Positions 28,498-37,870 of a stretch of DNA of 64,000 bases are shown here, piece by piece. The notes below the pieces were generated by a model. The model saw only the letters and a list, made by a program, of their open reading frames with translations. It was not told where the DNA came from and did no database searches. The position numbers were made by a program, and so were the translations under genes. Source of the DNA: a virus; IMG/VR virus record IMGVR_UViG_3300028874_000010, positions 1 through 64,000 of that record. One strand, written 5' to 3'. Each line of letters begins with the position of its first letter. Position 1 is the stretch's first letter.

Positions 28498-29157
28498 TTA
28501 TTGTATTTTGATAGCATGGCCTTGTTCAATCATTTTATTTAGATCTATTTTATGGGTCAAATAGGATTCGCCATCTTCACATTTTTTATAAGCTTGAATA
28601 AACATATCAGAACGGATTATATACTTTGGTTTGACATCGAATCCACATATTTCTGTATTTTCTCTAATTCCAACAAGAACAAGAAAATCAGCAAGTAAGT
28701 GTCCTTTATTAATGAATGTAGTCAAATCTAATCCATTTTTATTTTCTGGATTATAATTGAAATAGAACACTGGGATATCGCCATCAAAATCTACTTTTTT
28801 AACTTCTAATCTATAATCATCAGTTTGTTCTATAGCATGTTGGGCTATTAAATTTTCGAATGTTGCATCAATATCATACCCATATGACAATACATCTTTT
28901 GGATTATGACGCCTTGGATTTCTTGTTGCTGATAAATTACCAGTAACAGTTTTTAATGCTGTAACTAAACCGGTTTCTGATATTACGCCATCCCAACAAT
29001 TTTTTTCAATTTGTTTATATGGCCTAGAGCTTCTCAGTTGGAGTTGTTCTGCTTGGAGTTTAACACTATCGTATAATGCTAATAATTCTTCTGCATTGAC
29101 TTGATAAATGCTAGATATATCTCTAGCTATAGTTTTTAATATTTCTACTATCGTCAT
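28498..29157 (-). CDS. putative PD-(D/E)XK nuclease
   Basis: GVISE...YDID...LEVKK. Confidence 0.45.
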   Translation of the reverse strand: MTIVEILKTIARDISSIYQVNAEELLALYDSVKLQAEQLQLRSSRPYKQIEKNCWDGVISETGLVTALKTVTGNLSATRNPRRHNPKDVLSYGYDIDATFENLIAQHAIEQTDDYRLEVKKVDFDGDIPVFYFNYNPENKNGLDLTTFINKGHLLADFLVLVGIRENTEICGFDVKPKYIIRSDMFIQAYKKCEDGESYLTHKIDLNKMIEQGHAIKIQ

Positions 29158-29211
29158 TTATTTTTATTTTTATTATATGAATAAGGGAACTTAACTAAGC
29201 TCCCTTTGATA

Positions 29212-30144
29212 TTACTTTTTCTTTTGTGACATATGAACTTCTTTACAATCTAAAATTTGATCGACTAGTGTTTGTTCACGATCAAAGTAATGGGCCGATA
29301 CGATGTTCTGATAGTAAGTACCAAGTGCTAATCCCGAAAAATCACCAGAATTCTTAAGTGTATTAAATAACCATTCATGCAACATGGTAAAATTGAATAC
29401 ATCATATACCAAAGTTAACACCATATTATTACTTCTCATATGAGTATACATATTCAGCTTGTTATCTCTGATTAAGAAAGTAATAGAATCAGTACATGGA
29501 TACTCTTCTTTGGTCTCTGTGCCAAGCATATTTAAATCATCTTCATTGAGAATATGAATAACGCACCGACGAGAATCTGGATCTCTTTTTAATTCTTCAA
29601 TGATATACGGCATTTGCTTATTGATACGAGGACCATATGCTGTTGAGAAATTGCTAGGCATTGCCTTAGTATCATCTTTAGGAGCATCGATAAAATCTTT
29701 TGCTTTTGGATTAGACCCAGCAACATATGAGAAATCAGTATCACCATTAATCATCCACAAGAAAAATTTCATTGCAAATTCATAATTTGTATCTCGCGCT
29801 TTATTCCAAACTAGCCGATCTCTGGGATCATAAAGCTCAAATGAAAGATTAGTAATCTCTCGAGCTCCAATTCCTCTAGGTGAAGGAGCAAATTCTGGAT
29901 TTCTTTTCAACTCTCGGAGAATGTCAATATAGATATCCTCAAAGCTATCTCCAGAGAATAGTTTCCTTTTCTGTGGTGCTGGTGTGGTTATTTTTCCGGT
30001 GCTGTAGCACATCTGACCAGACAACTTATCAACCGCGACGGCTAAGCCAGCCAATCCATCTGCACTAAATGGAATAAACGAGTTTGGAACTACTTGCGAA
30101 TAATTTGCTACTTTTTCGTAGTCTTTTATTTGTGTTTCAATCAT
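29212..30144 (-). CDS. thymidylate-synthase-like dCMP-modifying enzyme (hydroxymethylase/hydroxylase)
   Basis: AYGPRI, DPDSRR, YPCT, MRSN; Asp (VYD) in place of the dUMP-specifying Asn. Confidence 0.8.
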   Translation of the reverse strand: MIETQIKDYEKVANYSQVVPNSFIPFSADGLAGLAVAVDKLSGQMCYSTGKITTPAPQKRKLFSGDSFEDIYIDILRELKRNPEFAPSPRGIGAREITNLSFELYDPRDRLVWNKARDTNYEFAMKFFLWMINGDTDFSYVAGSNPKAKDFIDAPKDDTKAMPSNFSTAYGPRINKQMPYIIEELKRDPDSRRCVIHILNEDDLNMLGTETKEEYPCTDSITFLIRDNKLNMYTHMRSNNMVLTLVYDVFNFTMLHEWLFNTLKNSGDFSGLALGTYYQNIVSAHYFDREQTLVDQILDCKEVHMSQKKK

Positions 30145-30154
30145 ATTATAATTA

Positions 30155-30694
30155 TTATGGATTTTGTTGTTTGATATACTCTGATAATTCCTGTTCTACA
30201 TCAACCCCAAAATGCGAAAAAATAGCAAATAGAATATCAGTAAAAGCATTTTTTCCACCTTCATACAGAGAAACATAATCTGCATGTTTTAATACTATTG
30301 CTGGAGCATTTGATACGGTACATCCTAATGCACATTCTTGAAAAATGGCAAAGTCATAAATATCATCGCCAATATATACCACCTTTGACATATCATAATT
30401 GTCTCGGATGTAACCGTACTTATTGATATTTTTGCATGAAATAAAACCAAGACTGAGTTGAGCCAATCGTTGCTTTGTTACTTCTAATCCGGGTCCTTGA
30501 TCGCCCGTCAAAGCAATAATATCAAAACGATCACGTAGGCAATCCCTATAAAAATCCATTGCTAATGAATCATTAACGGAAAAATGTTTTTGGCGTTTAC
30601 CTTCGGCAGTATATGTGATATTAGCCGAGGTCATGATTCCATCTACGTCAGTAATGATTTGAATCTTGTCTGTGTTATGCTGGATTTTTTTCAT
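30155..30694 (-). CDS. KdsC-like HAD phosphatase
   Basis: DVDGIMT, GDDIYD, GGKNAF. Confidence 0.85.
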   Translation of the reverse strand: MKKIQHNTDKIQIITDVDGIMTSANITYTAEGKRQKHFSVNDSLAMDFYRDCLRDRFDIIALTGDQGPGLEVTKQRLAQLSLGFISCKNINKYGYIRDNYDMSKVVYIGDDIYDFAIFQECALGCTVSNAPAIVLKHADYVSLYEGGKNAFTDILFAIFSHFGVDVEQELSEYIKQQNP

Positions 30695-32292
30695 AATGTG
30701 AAATCTTTATTTACGAATTTGGTTGCTAGATATAAACCATGATAATGGGCTGCTAAGGATTTAACAGGGCTGTTCTTAATATATTGTGCTAGACCTAGCC
30801 AAATCACGGCCAGCCAATAATAATGAACCGGTTTAAAATGTTTGAGATGTGTACCTAAATCACCACCACCTAAAATATTAGGAATATCAAATTCTATTTC
30901 GGTCTCAGTGATATTTTTAATAAAGAAATTTTGTGAGTAGTTAAAATTATCATAGCCTGATAAACTATATAAAACCTTGGCATAGTCATAATCTGGCAAG
31001 CCATAGAGTTCTGTGTTTCCGAAATAGCCTCTTGGGTCAATCAATGTAACTTCTAATAGTTCATTATCAACCATCGTATTTGATAATTGTGAATCGCCAT
31101 GAATTAAATGGTATGTGTTATTTTCTGATAATGCATAATGTCCAATCAATTCATCTCTAAGTGATTTGATAATACGACGAGGATCTGGATCAATAGTATC
31201 AATTGGTAAACCATTTACTACTCTGATGTTTTTACCAAACGATTGGATCACATGTTCTATTTCGGAATATCTATCAAGAAGTTTATCATATGCTTCTTTT
31301 TTAACATCCCCGACTATTTGTGCCAGTGGAATATTTTTCTTGGTAATGCTATGGAGATTCTTAAGATTTTTAAAAAGTGAATCTAGAATAATATCTCGCT
31401 CAACGAGAAACATATCAGGAAATACTTTAAAAACTGCACATCCTTTAACCCTTTCCATGAGCATCTCGTCATTATTCAATGATGGATAAACCATAGGAAC
31501 AGAAACATGTTTATGTAACTCTGCTTCATAATGGACTTCATTATACCAGGCAATCTCGCGTTTGATAAGCTTCTTACCTTGTTCATTGAGTGCCTTCTTA
31601 TGAACAAACTTTTCGCCAATCTCTATGGAATTAAATTCTCGGCCTTCGTCTGTATTTTTCAATACCTCGAATAGTTTTTCTTTATCGCCAAAGTCAATAA
31701 TCGAATCAACTTGGTAATTTGAAAGATTTCCTTTACGAGCTAACACATCAGCAAAATCTTCACCTTCAGCATATTCATTATAAAAATTTTGAAAATTCGG
31801 AACATAATAAATTCCAAACACATCGCCGGTTGCATCATCTACTTTGACCAATGTATTATGTACGAATTTATATCTGTTTTTTTGATTGTTGACTGTGAAA
31901 ATGACCGGAGCATTATACAGGTTATTAAAAGCAGCACTGGGATCATCTAGGGTTGTGCTAGGGATTACATCACACCAAGTGAATAGAATATCATCTCCGT
32001 TGTGATCATTCCCAAGGGACGTTTCTATAGTGTGCGCAGTACCAAGAGCGGTATCAATAGTGATAATATTAAGTGTTGTTTCTTTGTCAAAATATAAATC
32101 GAAATATGCTCTAACTAATTCTTCATATTTTGGATGGATGATGATAGTGAAATCATCAGAGTAAGTTTTCCAGTATCGGATCAATTCAACAAACCCAGTT
32201 TGTTTTCCAATATTGATTAAGAATTTTGGGATGTAATTAGTGAGAGGTTGTAGCCGAGTAGCCAACCCAGCTGCAACAATGCAGATTTTCAT
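30691..32292 (-). CDS. NTP transferase fused to APH/choline-kinase-like phosphotransferase
   Basis: AAGLATRL..PK; IHGD...N, IDPRG, YDYAK. Confidence 0.85.
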   Translation of the reverse strand: MKICIVAAGLATRLQPLTNYIPKFLINIGKQTGFVELIRYWKTYSDDFTIIIHPKYEELVRAYFDLYFDKETTLNIITIDTALGTAHTIETSLGNDHNGDDILFTWCDVIPSTTLDDPSAAFNNLYNAPVIFTVNNQKNRYKFVHNTLVKVDDATGDVFGIYYVPNFQNFYNEYAEGEDFADVLARKGNLSNYQVDSIIDFGDKEKLFEVLKNTDEGREFNSIEIGEKFVHKKALNEQGKKLIKREIAWYNEVHYEAELHKHVSVPMVYPSLNNDEMLMERVKGCAVFKVFPDMFLVERDIILDSLFKNLKNLHSITKKNIPLAQIVGDVKKEAYDKLLDRYSEIEHVIQSFGKNIRVVNGLPIDTIDPDPRRIIKSLRDELIGHYALSENNTYHLIHGDSQLSNTMVDNELLEVTLIDPRGYFGNTELYGLPDYDYAKVLYSLSGYDNFNYSQNFFIKNITETEIEFDIPNILGGGDLGTHLKHFKPVHYYWLAVIWLGLAQYIKNSPVKSLAAHYHGLYLATKFVNKDFTL

Positions 32293-32330
32293 GTATTGCC
32301 TTTCTTATTATTTTTATTTTATATGAAGCA

Positions 32331-32383
32331 GAAACGAACATTCTCCACTTGGATATTTTAACACAAGTGGAGAATGTTCGTTT
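32331..32383 (-). terminator. long hairpin / terminator
   Basis: AAACGAACATTCTCCACTTG...CAAGTGGAGAATGTTCGTTT. Confidence 0.6.
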
Positions 32384-32396
32384 GAGTTATTTATTA

Positions 32397-32831
32397 TTAC
32401 GAAAGACCCATGAGATCTTTTAATTTATCAATAACTTGTGTAGTCATATTGCATCGTAGTGTGACCAATGTGACTTCAGTTTCGATAATTCTACGAACCA
32501 AGCTGCGTGGTTCGAATTCGGCATGATCAACTATAACAGCCGCAGCTGTGTTCAGTATATCAATACCTTGAATAACTTCATATGTTGTGTCTTGATGTTC
32601 CAACAGATAAATTGCTGGCATTGGCAATTCAAGCAACAGCATTTTCAAAATCTTTTCATTGATTTTGGGAACCAAACCACTAATCTCTCCCGAAACCATA
32701 TTATGATTTCGTATGATTGAGGCAAGTGTAGCAGGCCTTGACCTTACATCAATAAAGTCATTTTGTATAGTGTCCTGTAGTATTTCTCGAAGATTGGTTG
32801 TCATATATCCTCCAGTGATCATGAAATCCAT
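32397..32831 (-). CDS. degenerate DUF262 (GmrS/ParB-like) domain protein
   Basis: LLLELPMPAIYLLE...YEVIQG...RRIIETEVTLV; lacks the QR and DGQQR motifs. Confidence 0.55.
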   Translation of the reverse strand: MDFMITGGYMTTNLREILQDTIQNDFIDVRSRPATLASIIRNHNMVSGEISGLVPKINEKILKMLLLELPMPAIYLLEHQDTTYEVIQGIDILNTAAAVIVDHAEFEPRSLVRRIIETEVTLVTLRCNMTTQVIDKLKDLMGLS

Positions 32832-32846
32832 TCTATCACAGAACTT

Positions 32847-33356
32847 TTAACTATGTAAACTTGTTTTTAGTCTGGCACAAAAACTTGTCAGCCAGATTGT
32901 AGGATTTTCTTGAGGCTCAACATAATGAGGCAGTTTTACATTAAGTAAAATGTTATTATGTCCTGTTAAATCAAATGATACATTATCTACTACCACACCG
33001 TTGATAGTGTTACCTGGAGACAACCCAATTACCGGCTGATAATGGTTCTCTAGATTATTATCAGACTTATGGACATGTCGCAGAACCGGGACTCCAGGCT
33101 CTACACAAAACACGATCATAAATTTAATGTAATCTATATTCATTGCTTCTACTGCACGAGCAACTAAATCATTTTTTAGTTCGCTGATATGATAAACATC
33201 CCGAGCCCTAACACCTGCATCTCGGTCTTCATCATCAAAATTTACGATCGTGATGTATGATTGATTAGAAGGACTTCTAGTATTCCTCAAACCCTTGAAA
33301 TATTCATAATCTCCATAATCAAATTCTAATGGTGCATTATTTCTTATCAAAAGCAT
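32847..33356 (-). CDS. cupin/aspartyl beta-hydroxylase-like protein
   Basis: PGVPVLRHVH ... NVKLPHYV. Confidence 0.5.
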   Translation of the reverse strand: MLLIRNNAPLEFDYGDYEYFKGLRNTRSPSNQSYITIVNFDDEDRDAGVRARDVYHISELKNDLVARAVEAMNIDYIKFMIVFCVEPGVPVLRHVHKSDNNLENHYQPVIGLSPGNTINGVVVDNVSFDLTGHNNILLNVKLPHYVEPQENPTIWLTSFCARLKTSLHS

Positions 33357-33621
33357 TTTCTATGTTCCATGTCGCTGTAATATTTCTTTTTGCTAATGTT
33401 TCACGTTTCATCAAATCTTCCCAAGCTTGTTCCAATCCATCCAAATCTTCATCTTTACAGATTTCGACGATATACATAACTTTTCCGTCATCATGAAATG
33501 ATACCGACCTATTTACATGATGTTGTTCTAAGAACTCATTGTACGTGTGCCACTGATACGACCTAAAATACATGAAGCCAGTTGTTTGTGGGTTGGTTAA
33601 TGTTCTAGTAATTAATTTCAT
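33337..33621 (-). CDS. hypothetical protein
   Basis: Coupled ORF. Confidence 0.55.
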   Translation of the reverse strand: MKLITRTLTNPQTTGFMYFRSYQWHTYNEFLEQHHVNRSVSFHDDGKVMYIVEICKDEDLDGLEQAWEDLMKRETLAKRNITATWNIENAFDKK

Positions 33622-34616
33622 TTCATTGTAATATTGTAAAAACCATTTGTTCCAGATGTCGGAAAATCTTCTATCTGGATTCTCAATCCGCTACTTTCAG
33701 ATTGTTCTGGCTCCATGACGAATTCATCACATTGCCAGTTATATCTTTGTTCTGATTTATTTAATAGCCTATCAAAATACGCATCAAAGAAATTTGGACA
33801 GATATATTCATGGAGAATATTCCAATACGCACTAGACCTCACATTGAAATCAAAAATTAGAGGATTTGCTTTAGTTGGAAATGCCTGAAAGCTTCCGAGT
33901 GTTCCGAATGTTAGATTGTGCGCAAAATCATAATTATCAACATCAGTGATTTTGAAATATGTTTTTGATGTTGCGCGCGGAATCATACATTTTGTTTCCA
34001 TCCAATGTCTAGAAGTTCCATCATTTAAATAATGGTGATAGATCGAATGATCTGATTCTATGTATTGTTGGAATATATAAGTCCCAAGTGTCCCTGGATT
34101 TTTCTGCGCATAATAAAATCTAGCTAGACCTTCATCGACATCCCGCATCAGATAATTTGTAAAATCATCAATCGAATTATATGTTTCATACGCCCATGGG
34201 TCGCCGCCTTTACTACCAGATCCATAGACAGATTTGACGATAATTGGCATGTTTTTTGGAACATCTTCAATAGTTCGCCAAGACGGAATTCCATCTAATT
34301 TAGGACTGAGAGAACCTAAATATGATTTGTGTACCGCATTAAGAGGAATTGTTTCATAATCTAACAAAGAGTTTAGAATCGAAATAGCATTACCGAGATT
34401 ATCATTACAGCCAATAAAGAAATCGCAGTTTGATTGGGATCCGAGTTCTACAAGTCTTTCAATATTATTTGAATATAACGCTGTTGAATCTGGGAAATAT
34501 AAAGGACCTCGAGAAAAGATTTGTGGTGTATGGCCCACTCGTTCTATTGCATTAGAAAACAATGATGCTTTTCTCTGAGCGCTTCTTGCTGTCCCACATA
34601 AGATACCTATTTTCAT
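33618..34616 (-). CDS. ATP-grasp fold protein
   Basis: PIIVKS..GSGSKG, YIFQQYI, IFDFNVR. Confidence 0.7.
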   Translation of the reverse strand: MKIGILCGTARSAQRKASLFSNAIERVGHTPQIFSRGPLYFPDSTALYSNNIERLVELGSQSNCDFFIGCNDNLGNAISILNSLLDYETIPLNAVHKSYLGSLSPKLDGIPSWRTIEDVPKNMPIIVKSVYGSGSKGGDPWAYETYNSIDDFTNYLMRDVDEGLARFYYAQKNPGTLGTYIFQQYIESDHSIYHHYLNDGTSRHWMETKCMIPRATSKTYFKITDVDNYDFAHNLTFGTLGSFQAFPTKANPLIFDFNVRSSAYWNILHEYICPNFFDAYFDRLLNKSEQRYNWQCDEFVMEPEQSESSGLRIQIEDFPTSGTNGFYNITMK

Positions 34617-34622
34617 ATTGAT

Positions 34623-34901
34623 CTATATAAATTGAGCGACAACATTAATCGCATCTTGTTGTTTTCTATCTTCAATCAACTGTAGAAGAGTTTTGATTTT
34701 TGATTGGTATGGCGCAACATGGTATTCTAACTCACTGAACGGGATTTTTCCTTTACTATTTAATCTGATCAAATTATCTATATCATATTGACATGACGCG
34801 ATCAAAAAATTTAGTTCTGGTATAGTACGAAATTCACACTTGTTATATGACTTATTTCCAGTACAAATAACTATTCCAGAATCAGCGAGTTCTTTATCCA
34901 T
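34623..34901 (-). CDS. hypothetical protein
   Basis: ORF track. Confidence 0.5.
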   Translation of the reverse strand: MDKELADSGIVICTGNKSYNKCEFRTIPELNFLIASCQYDIDNLIRLNSKGKIPFSELEYHVAPYQSKIKTLLQLIEDRKQQDAINVVAQFI

Positions 34902-35062
34902 TACCTTTCCTTTTCCATGTGTTCAGCACGTCCGATTTGTGTAAATATTGTATCATCGATTGATTCTAAAAGATGCCATTCTTCAGTACCGAGTTCATAT
35001 TTTGATTGGATCATCGCATTAAATTCTTCAATCAATTTTAGATCATTTAGAATATTATCCAT
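34901..35062 (-). CDS. small hypothetical protein (53 aa)
   Basis: Hand translation MDNILNDLKLIEEFN...MEKER. Confidence 0.5.
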   Translation of the reverse strand: MDNILNDLKLIEEFNAMIQSKYELGTEEWHLLESIDDTIFTQIGRAEHMEKER

Positions 35063-35675
35063 TTGCTTTCTCTGCTGCAAGCATTGACCCGAGTGCCCCA
35101 GCCGGATGATACTTAAGGAAGTCCATTCTCGTAAATCCTTTTAGATCACTCAAAGTTACTGAAATACAATCAAGAATACAAAGTAATGCAGTAGTACTCG
35201 ATGTTGGTGCTAGACCTTCTTTATCACCTTCGATTACTGTCCCTATAAACAACTCATAATCCGCATTGCTTTTTGGTTTATCTTTTTTACAATGAATCAG
35301 AATTTGTTTCACATTAGGGCGAATAATTTTAACATAATTAATAACATCAAGCATTTCTTGTGTTTGCCCACTACGAGAAATGTGAATGATACAATCATCT
35401 GGGGAAATATATCCAAAATCCCCATGGCCACAATGGGTAATATTCAAAGGCATAGTTGATAAGCCTAATGATGCCATTGTTTCTGAGATCTTAGTAGCTA
35501 TGTTTGCATTCTTGCCAACACCAGCAATAATGATTCTTCTTGAATAATCGGTGAAGGTAGAAAGAAAATCAATAATCTGTTTATATTCTTCTGTATGAAT
35601 TACACTATACAAATTCTCTAATGCGCTAATTTGTTTATCAATACAATGTTCTGCTAAAGTTCTTGGTTGATCCAT
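35055..35675 (-). CDS. SIS-domain arabinose-5-phosphate isomerase (KdsD/GutQ-like, no CBS domains)
   Basis: GVGKN, HGDFG, SRSG, APTSST, HPAGALG. Confidence 0.88.
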   Translation of the reverse strand: MDQPRTLAEHCIDKQISALENLYSVIHTEEYKQIIDFLSTFTDYSRRIIIAGVGKNANIATKISETMASLGLSTMPLNITHCGHGDFGYISPDDCIIHISRSGQTQEMLDVINYVKIIRPNVKQILIHCKKDKPKSNADYELFIGTVIEGDKEGLAPTSSTTALLCILDCISVTLSDLKGFTRMDFLKYHPAGALGSMLAAEKANG

Positions 35676-35704
35676 ATTAATTGTCTCACTATATTTTTAT
35701 TATT

Positions 35705-36256
35705 TTATGTTTCTATTTTAAACTGAATTAATCCTGCTTGGTACGCCGAACTTTTATAAGTATTTACCTGATGTTCTGGCATATCGGGTCCAACACCTTG
35801 AGCGATAACAGTATGCCAATAATCATGATGCAATCCTACATATCCTAATGCTTCTATTAGATATGTCAGATTAGGGTTTTTAGTTTGACCCATAGTGATA
35901 ATCAAACTGATTGGTAGATTTAAAATAGGAGTTTTAGTTACTCCATCGTGCGTATAGGCAAAACCATTTACTAAGATTTTTTGCATGAATGCCACTAATG
36001 GATATGGCGGCATTTCACACCATAATGGAAATGAAAAACAGATTGCATCACACTCAAGAATGTGCTCTTTGTATGCCTCAATCAGCATTTCATTTCTATC
36101 ATTGCTTTGAGTATAACCGGTATGAAAATGATTCTCAAATAAATCTAACTTACCAATATCATGCCCTGCATCTTTAACACCTTGGATAAATTGATTGGTA
36201 AGTTCCGCGCCGAATCCGCTCTTATTGGGATTTGCAGTAATAACAAGGCTCTTCAT
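35705..36256 (-). CDS. flavodoxin-like NAD(P)H oxidoreductase
   Basis: ANPNKSGF, FPLWCEMPP, GFAY. Confidence 0.8.
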   Translation of the reverse strand: MKSLVITANPNKSGFGAELTNQFIQGVKDAGHDIGKLDLFENHFHTGYTQSNDRNEMLIEAYKEHILECDAICFSFPLWCEMPPYPLVAFMQKILVNGFAYTHDGVTKTPILNLPISLIITMGQTKNPNLTYLIEALGYVGLHHDYWHTVIAQGVGPDMPEHQVNTYKSSAYQAGLIQFKIET

Positions 36257-36257
36257 A

Positions 36258-36986
36258 TTATTTTAATAGTTTTAGTAATGGATATTCTTCAGCACTGCGA
36301 AACCGCAACCAATATTGTGGATGTCTACATGATTGGACATTATATCTGTTTGCTAAACACTTTGTCCACTTTGCAGCTTCATTGCCGAGTGTTATAATTT
36401 TTTTGGGTTTTAGGTTATCTAGAAATGTTTGTTCTGTTTCAACACCAAATCCATCTTTAGCATTGATCCAATAATATTTATCTTCCGGGATATTAGCATC
36501 TTCTAATTTTTTTAGGAGCCAACGCCCGGACCCAGATCCAACAAATGGAGTATTGTACCCTAATGCTTTAGCCCCAGGGCAATCGCCAACTAAAAGAATA
36601 TTTCCAACACGAAAGTTTCCAATTCCACTGCCTTTTTCATCTCTGTTTAATGATTGGATCGTCGTGGCAATAGATGTAAGACGAAGACTATTAGCTTCTA
36701 TTGAAACTAAAAATCTAGTTTGTTGACGCTCGATATAAAATTCAATTGCGTTATTGCCTAGAGCAATTCTTTCCAGGCCTCTACGCTCGTACGGTTGTAA
36801 ATATCGGCACCCATTAGAGAAAAAATTCCAGAGGAAATGAATCTGGTCTGGGTATTTTGCGCGCTCGGCTAAAGTGATAATAGCTTGATTAAATGAAAGT
36901 GGTTCATCGAATCCGACTATAGATGTATACACCCCATCCAAATTAATAGTCGGCAATTCTTTAAGTCCTTCATAGAAGACAAACAT
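36258..36986 (-). CDS. uracil-DNA-glycosylase-superfamily protein with N-terminal extension
   Basis: LLVGDCPG, PFVG.SG, IITLG, HPQY. Confidence 0.65.
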   Translation of the reverse strand: MFVFYEGLKELPTINLDGVYTSIVGFDEPLSFNQAIITLAERAKYPDQIHFLWNFFSNGCRYLQPYERRGLERIALGNNAIEFYIERQQTRFLVSIEANSLRLTSIATTIQSLNRDEKGSGIGNFRVGNILLVGDCPGAKALGYNTPFVGSGSGRWLLKKLEDANIPEDKYYWINAKDGFGVETEQTFLDNLKPKKIITLGNEAAKWTKCLANRYNVQSCRHPQYWLRFRSAEEYPLLKLLK

Positions 36987-36990
36987 GATT

Positions 36991-37677
36991 TTACCATCCT
37001 TCTGTCGGGTGTTCTAGATAGACTTGAACTTGTCTACGAATCTCATTCGTGATTTTATTTTGGCGACCGGTATTTCTTGATAACCTAATAAACCACCGCC
37101 ATCCATTGTCTATTGCTTTGACTCCAGAATGAAATGATTCACCATTGAACTGGATGTATTCACCAGATTTAACTTGATATTTTTCCAAGTGTGACATGGT
37201 TTCTATCTCATCATGCCACCTATTGTATATCCTTGTATTGATATCAGGTTCGGAAACTTCTACTGGCCCAATAATAAATGTGGTAGGACAAATCTCAGCA
37301 TTAACAAGACCTGATAAATGTTCAGCTCTATATTCTGGCGTCAAGTAATTTGGTTGTCCTGTTGATGTAGACCGAGGGATATCATCATGATGCCAACCTG
37401 GAATACACGGATACCAATTCTTCATGAGCATATGAACTCTCGAATCCAAAACCAGATTACTGCTGGTCCACCAATCATGCGGAAGCTTTAGAATAAATTC
37501 CTTAGTGATTGGTCCGCCATGCTGATATGCATAATCAAGATTACAATTAAAAAACATTGGTTCATTTTTAATATCTTCAATGTTCCAATCTGCCTTGAAT
37601 GATCCACGATTTTGGATTTGAGAATTGAATTTCATTTGATACCCTTTACATATTATCGAAACATATAAATTTTTCAC
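36991..37677 (-). CDS. 2OG-Fe(II) oxygenase-like protein
   Basis: PGWHHD ... FHSG ... RWFIR. Confidence 0.65.
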   Translation of the reverse strand: MKNLYVSIICKGYQMKFNSQIQNRGSFKADWNIEDIKNEPMFFNCNLDYAYQHGGPITKEFILKLPHDWWTSSNLVLDSRVHMLMKNWYPCIPGWHHDDIPRSTSTGQPNYLTPEYRAEHLSGLVNAEICPTTFIIGPVEVSEPDINTRIYNRWHDEIETMSHLEKYQVKSGEYIQFNGESFHSGVKAIDNGWRWFIRLSRNTGRQNKITNEIRRQVQVYLEHPTEGW

Positions 37678-37870
37678 TGATAGGATCCAGAAATCCTACA
37701 GAGTCATGCCCAAACTTTGCACTTTCTATAACCATAATATTTCCGATACTATTTGAACCTATCAAATAGTCATCAGGAAAATTAAATGTTTCTAACATTT
37801 CTTTAATACACTTGATGGTGACACATCTAAATGCAGGCATTCCATTTGAATCATTGAGTATCATATTCAT
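37646..37870 (-). CDS. hypothetical protein
   Basis: ORF track. Confidence 0.45.
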   Translation of the reverse strand: MNMILNDSNGMPAFRCVTIKCIKEMLETFNFPDDYLIGSNSIGNIMVIESAKFGHDSVGFLDPISEKFICFDNM

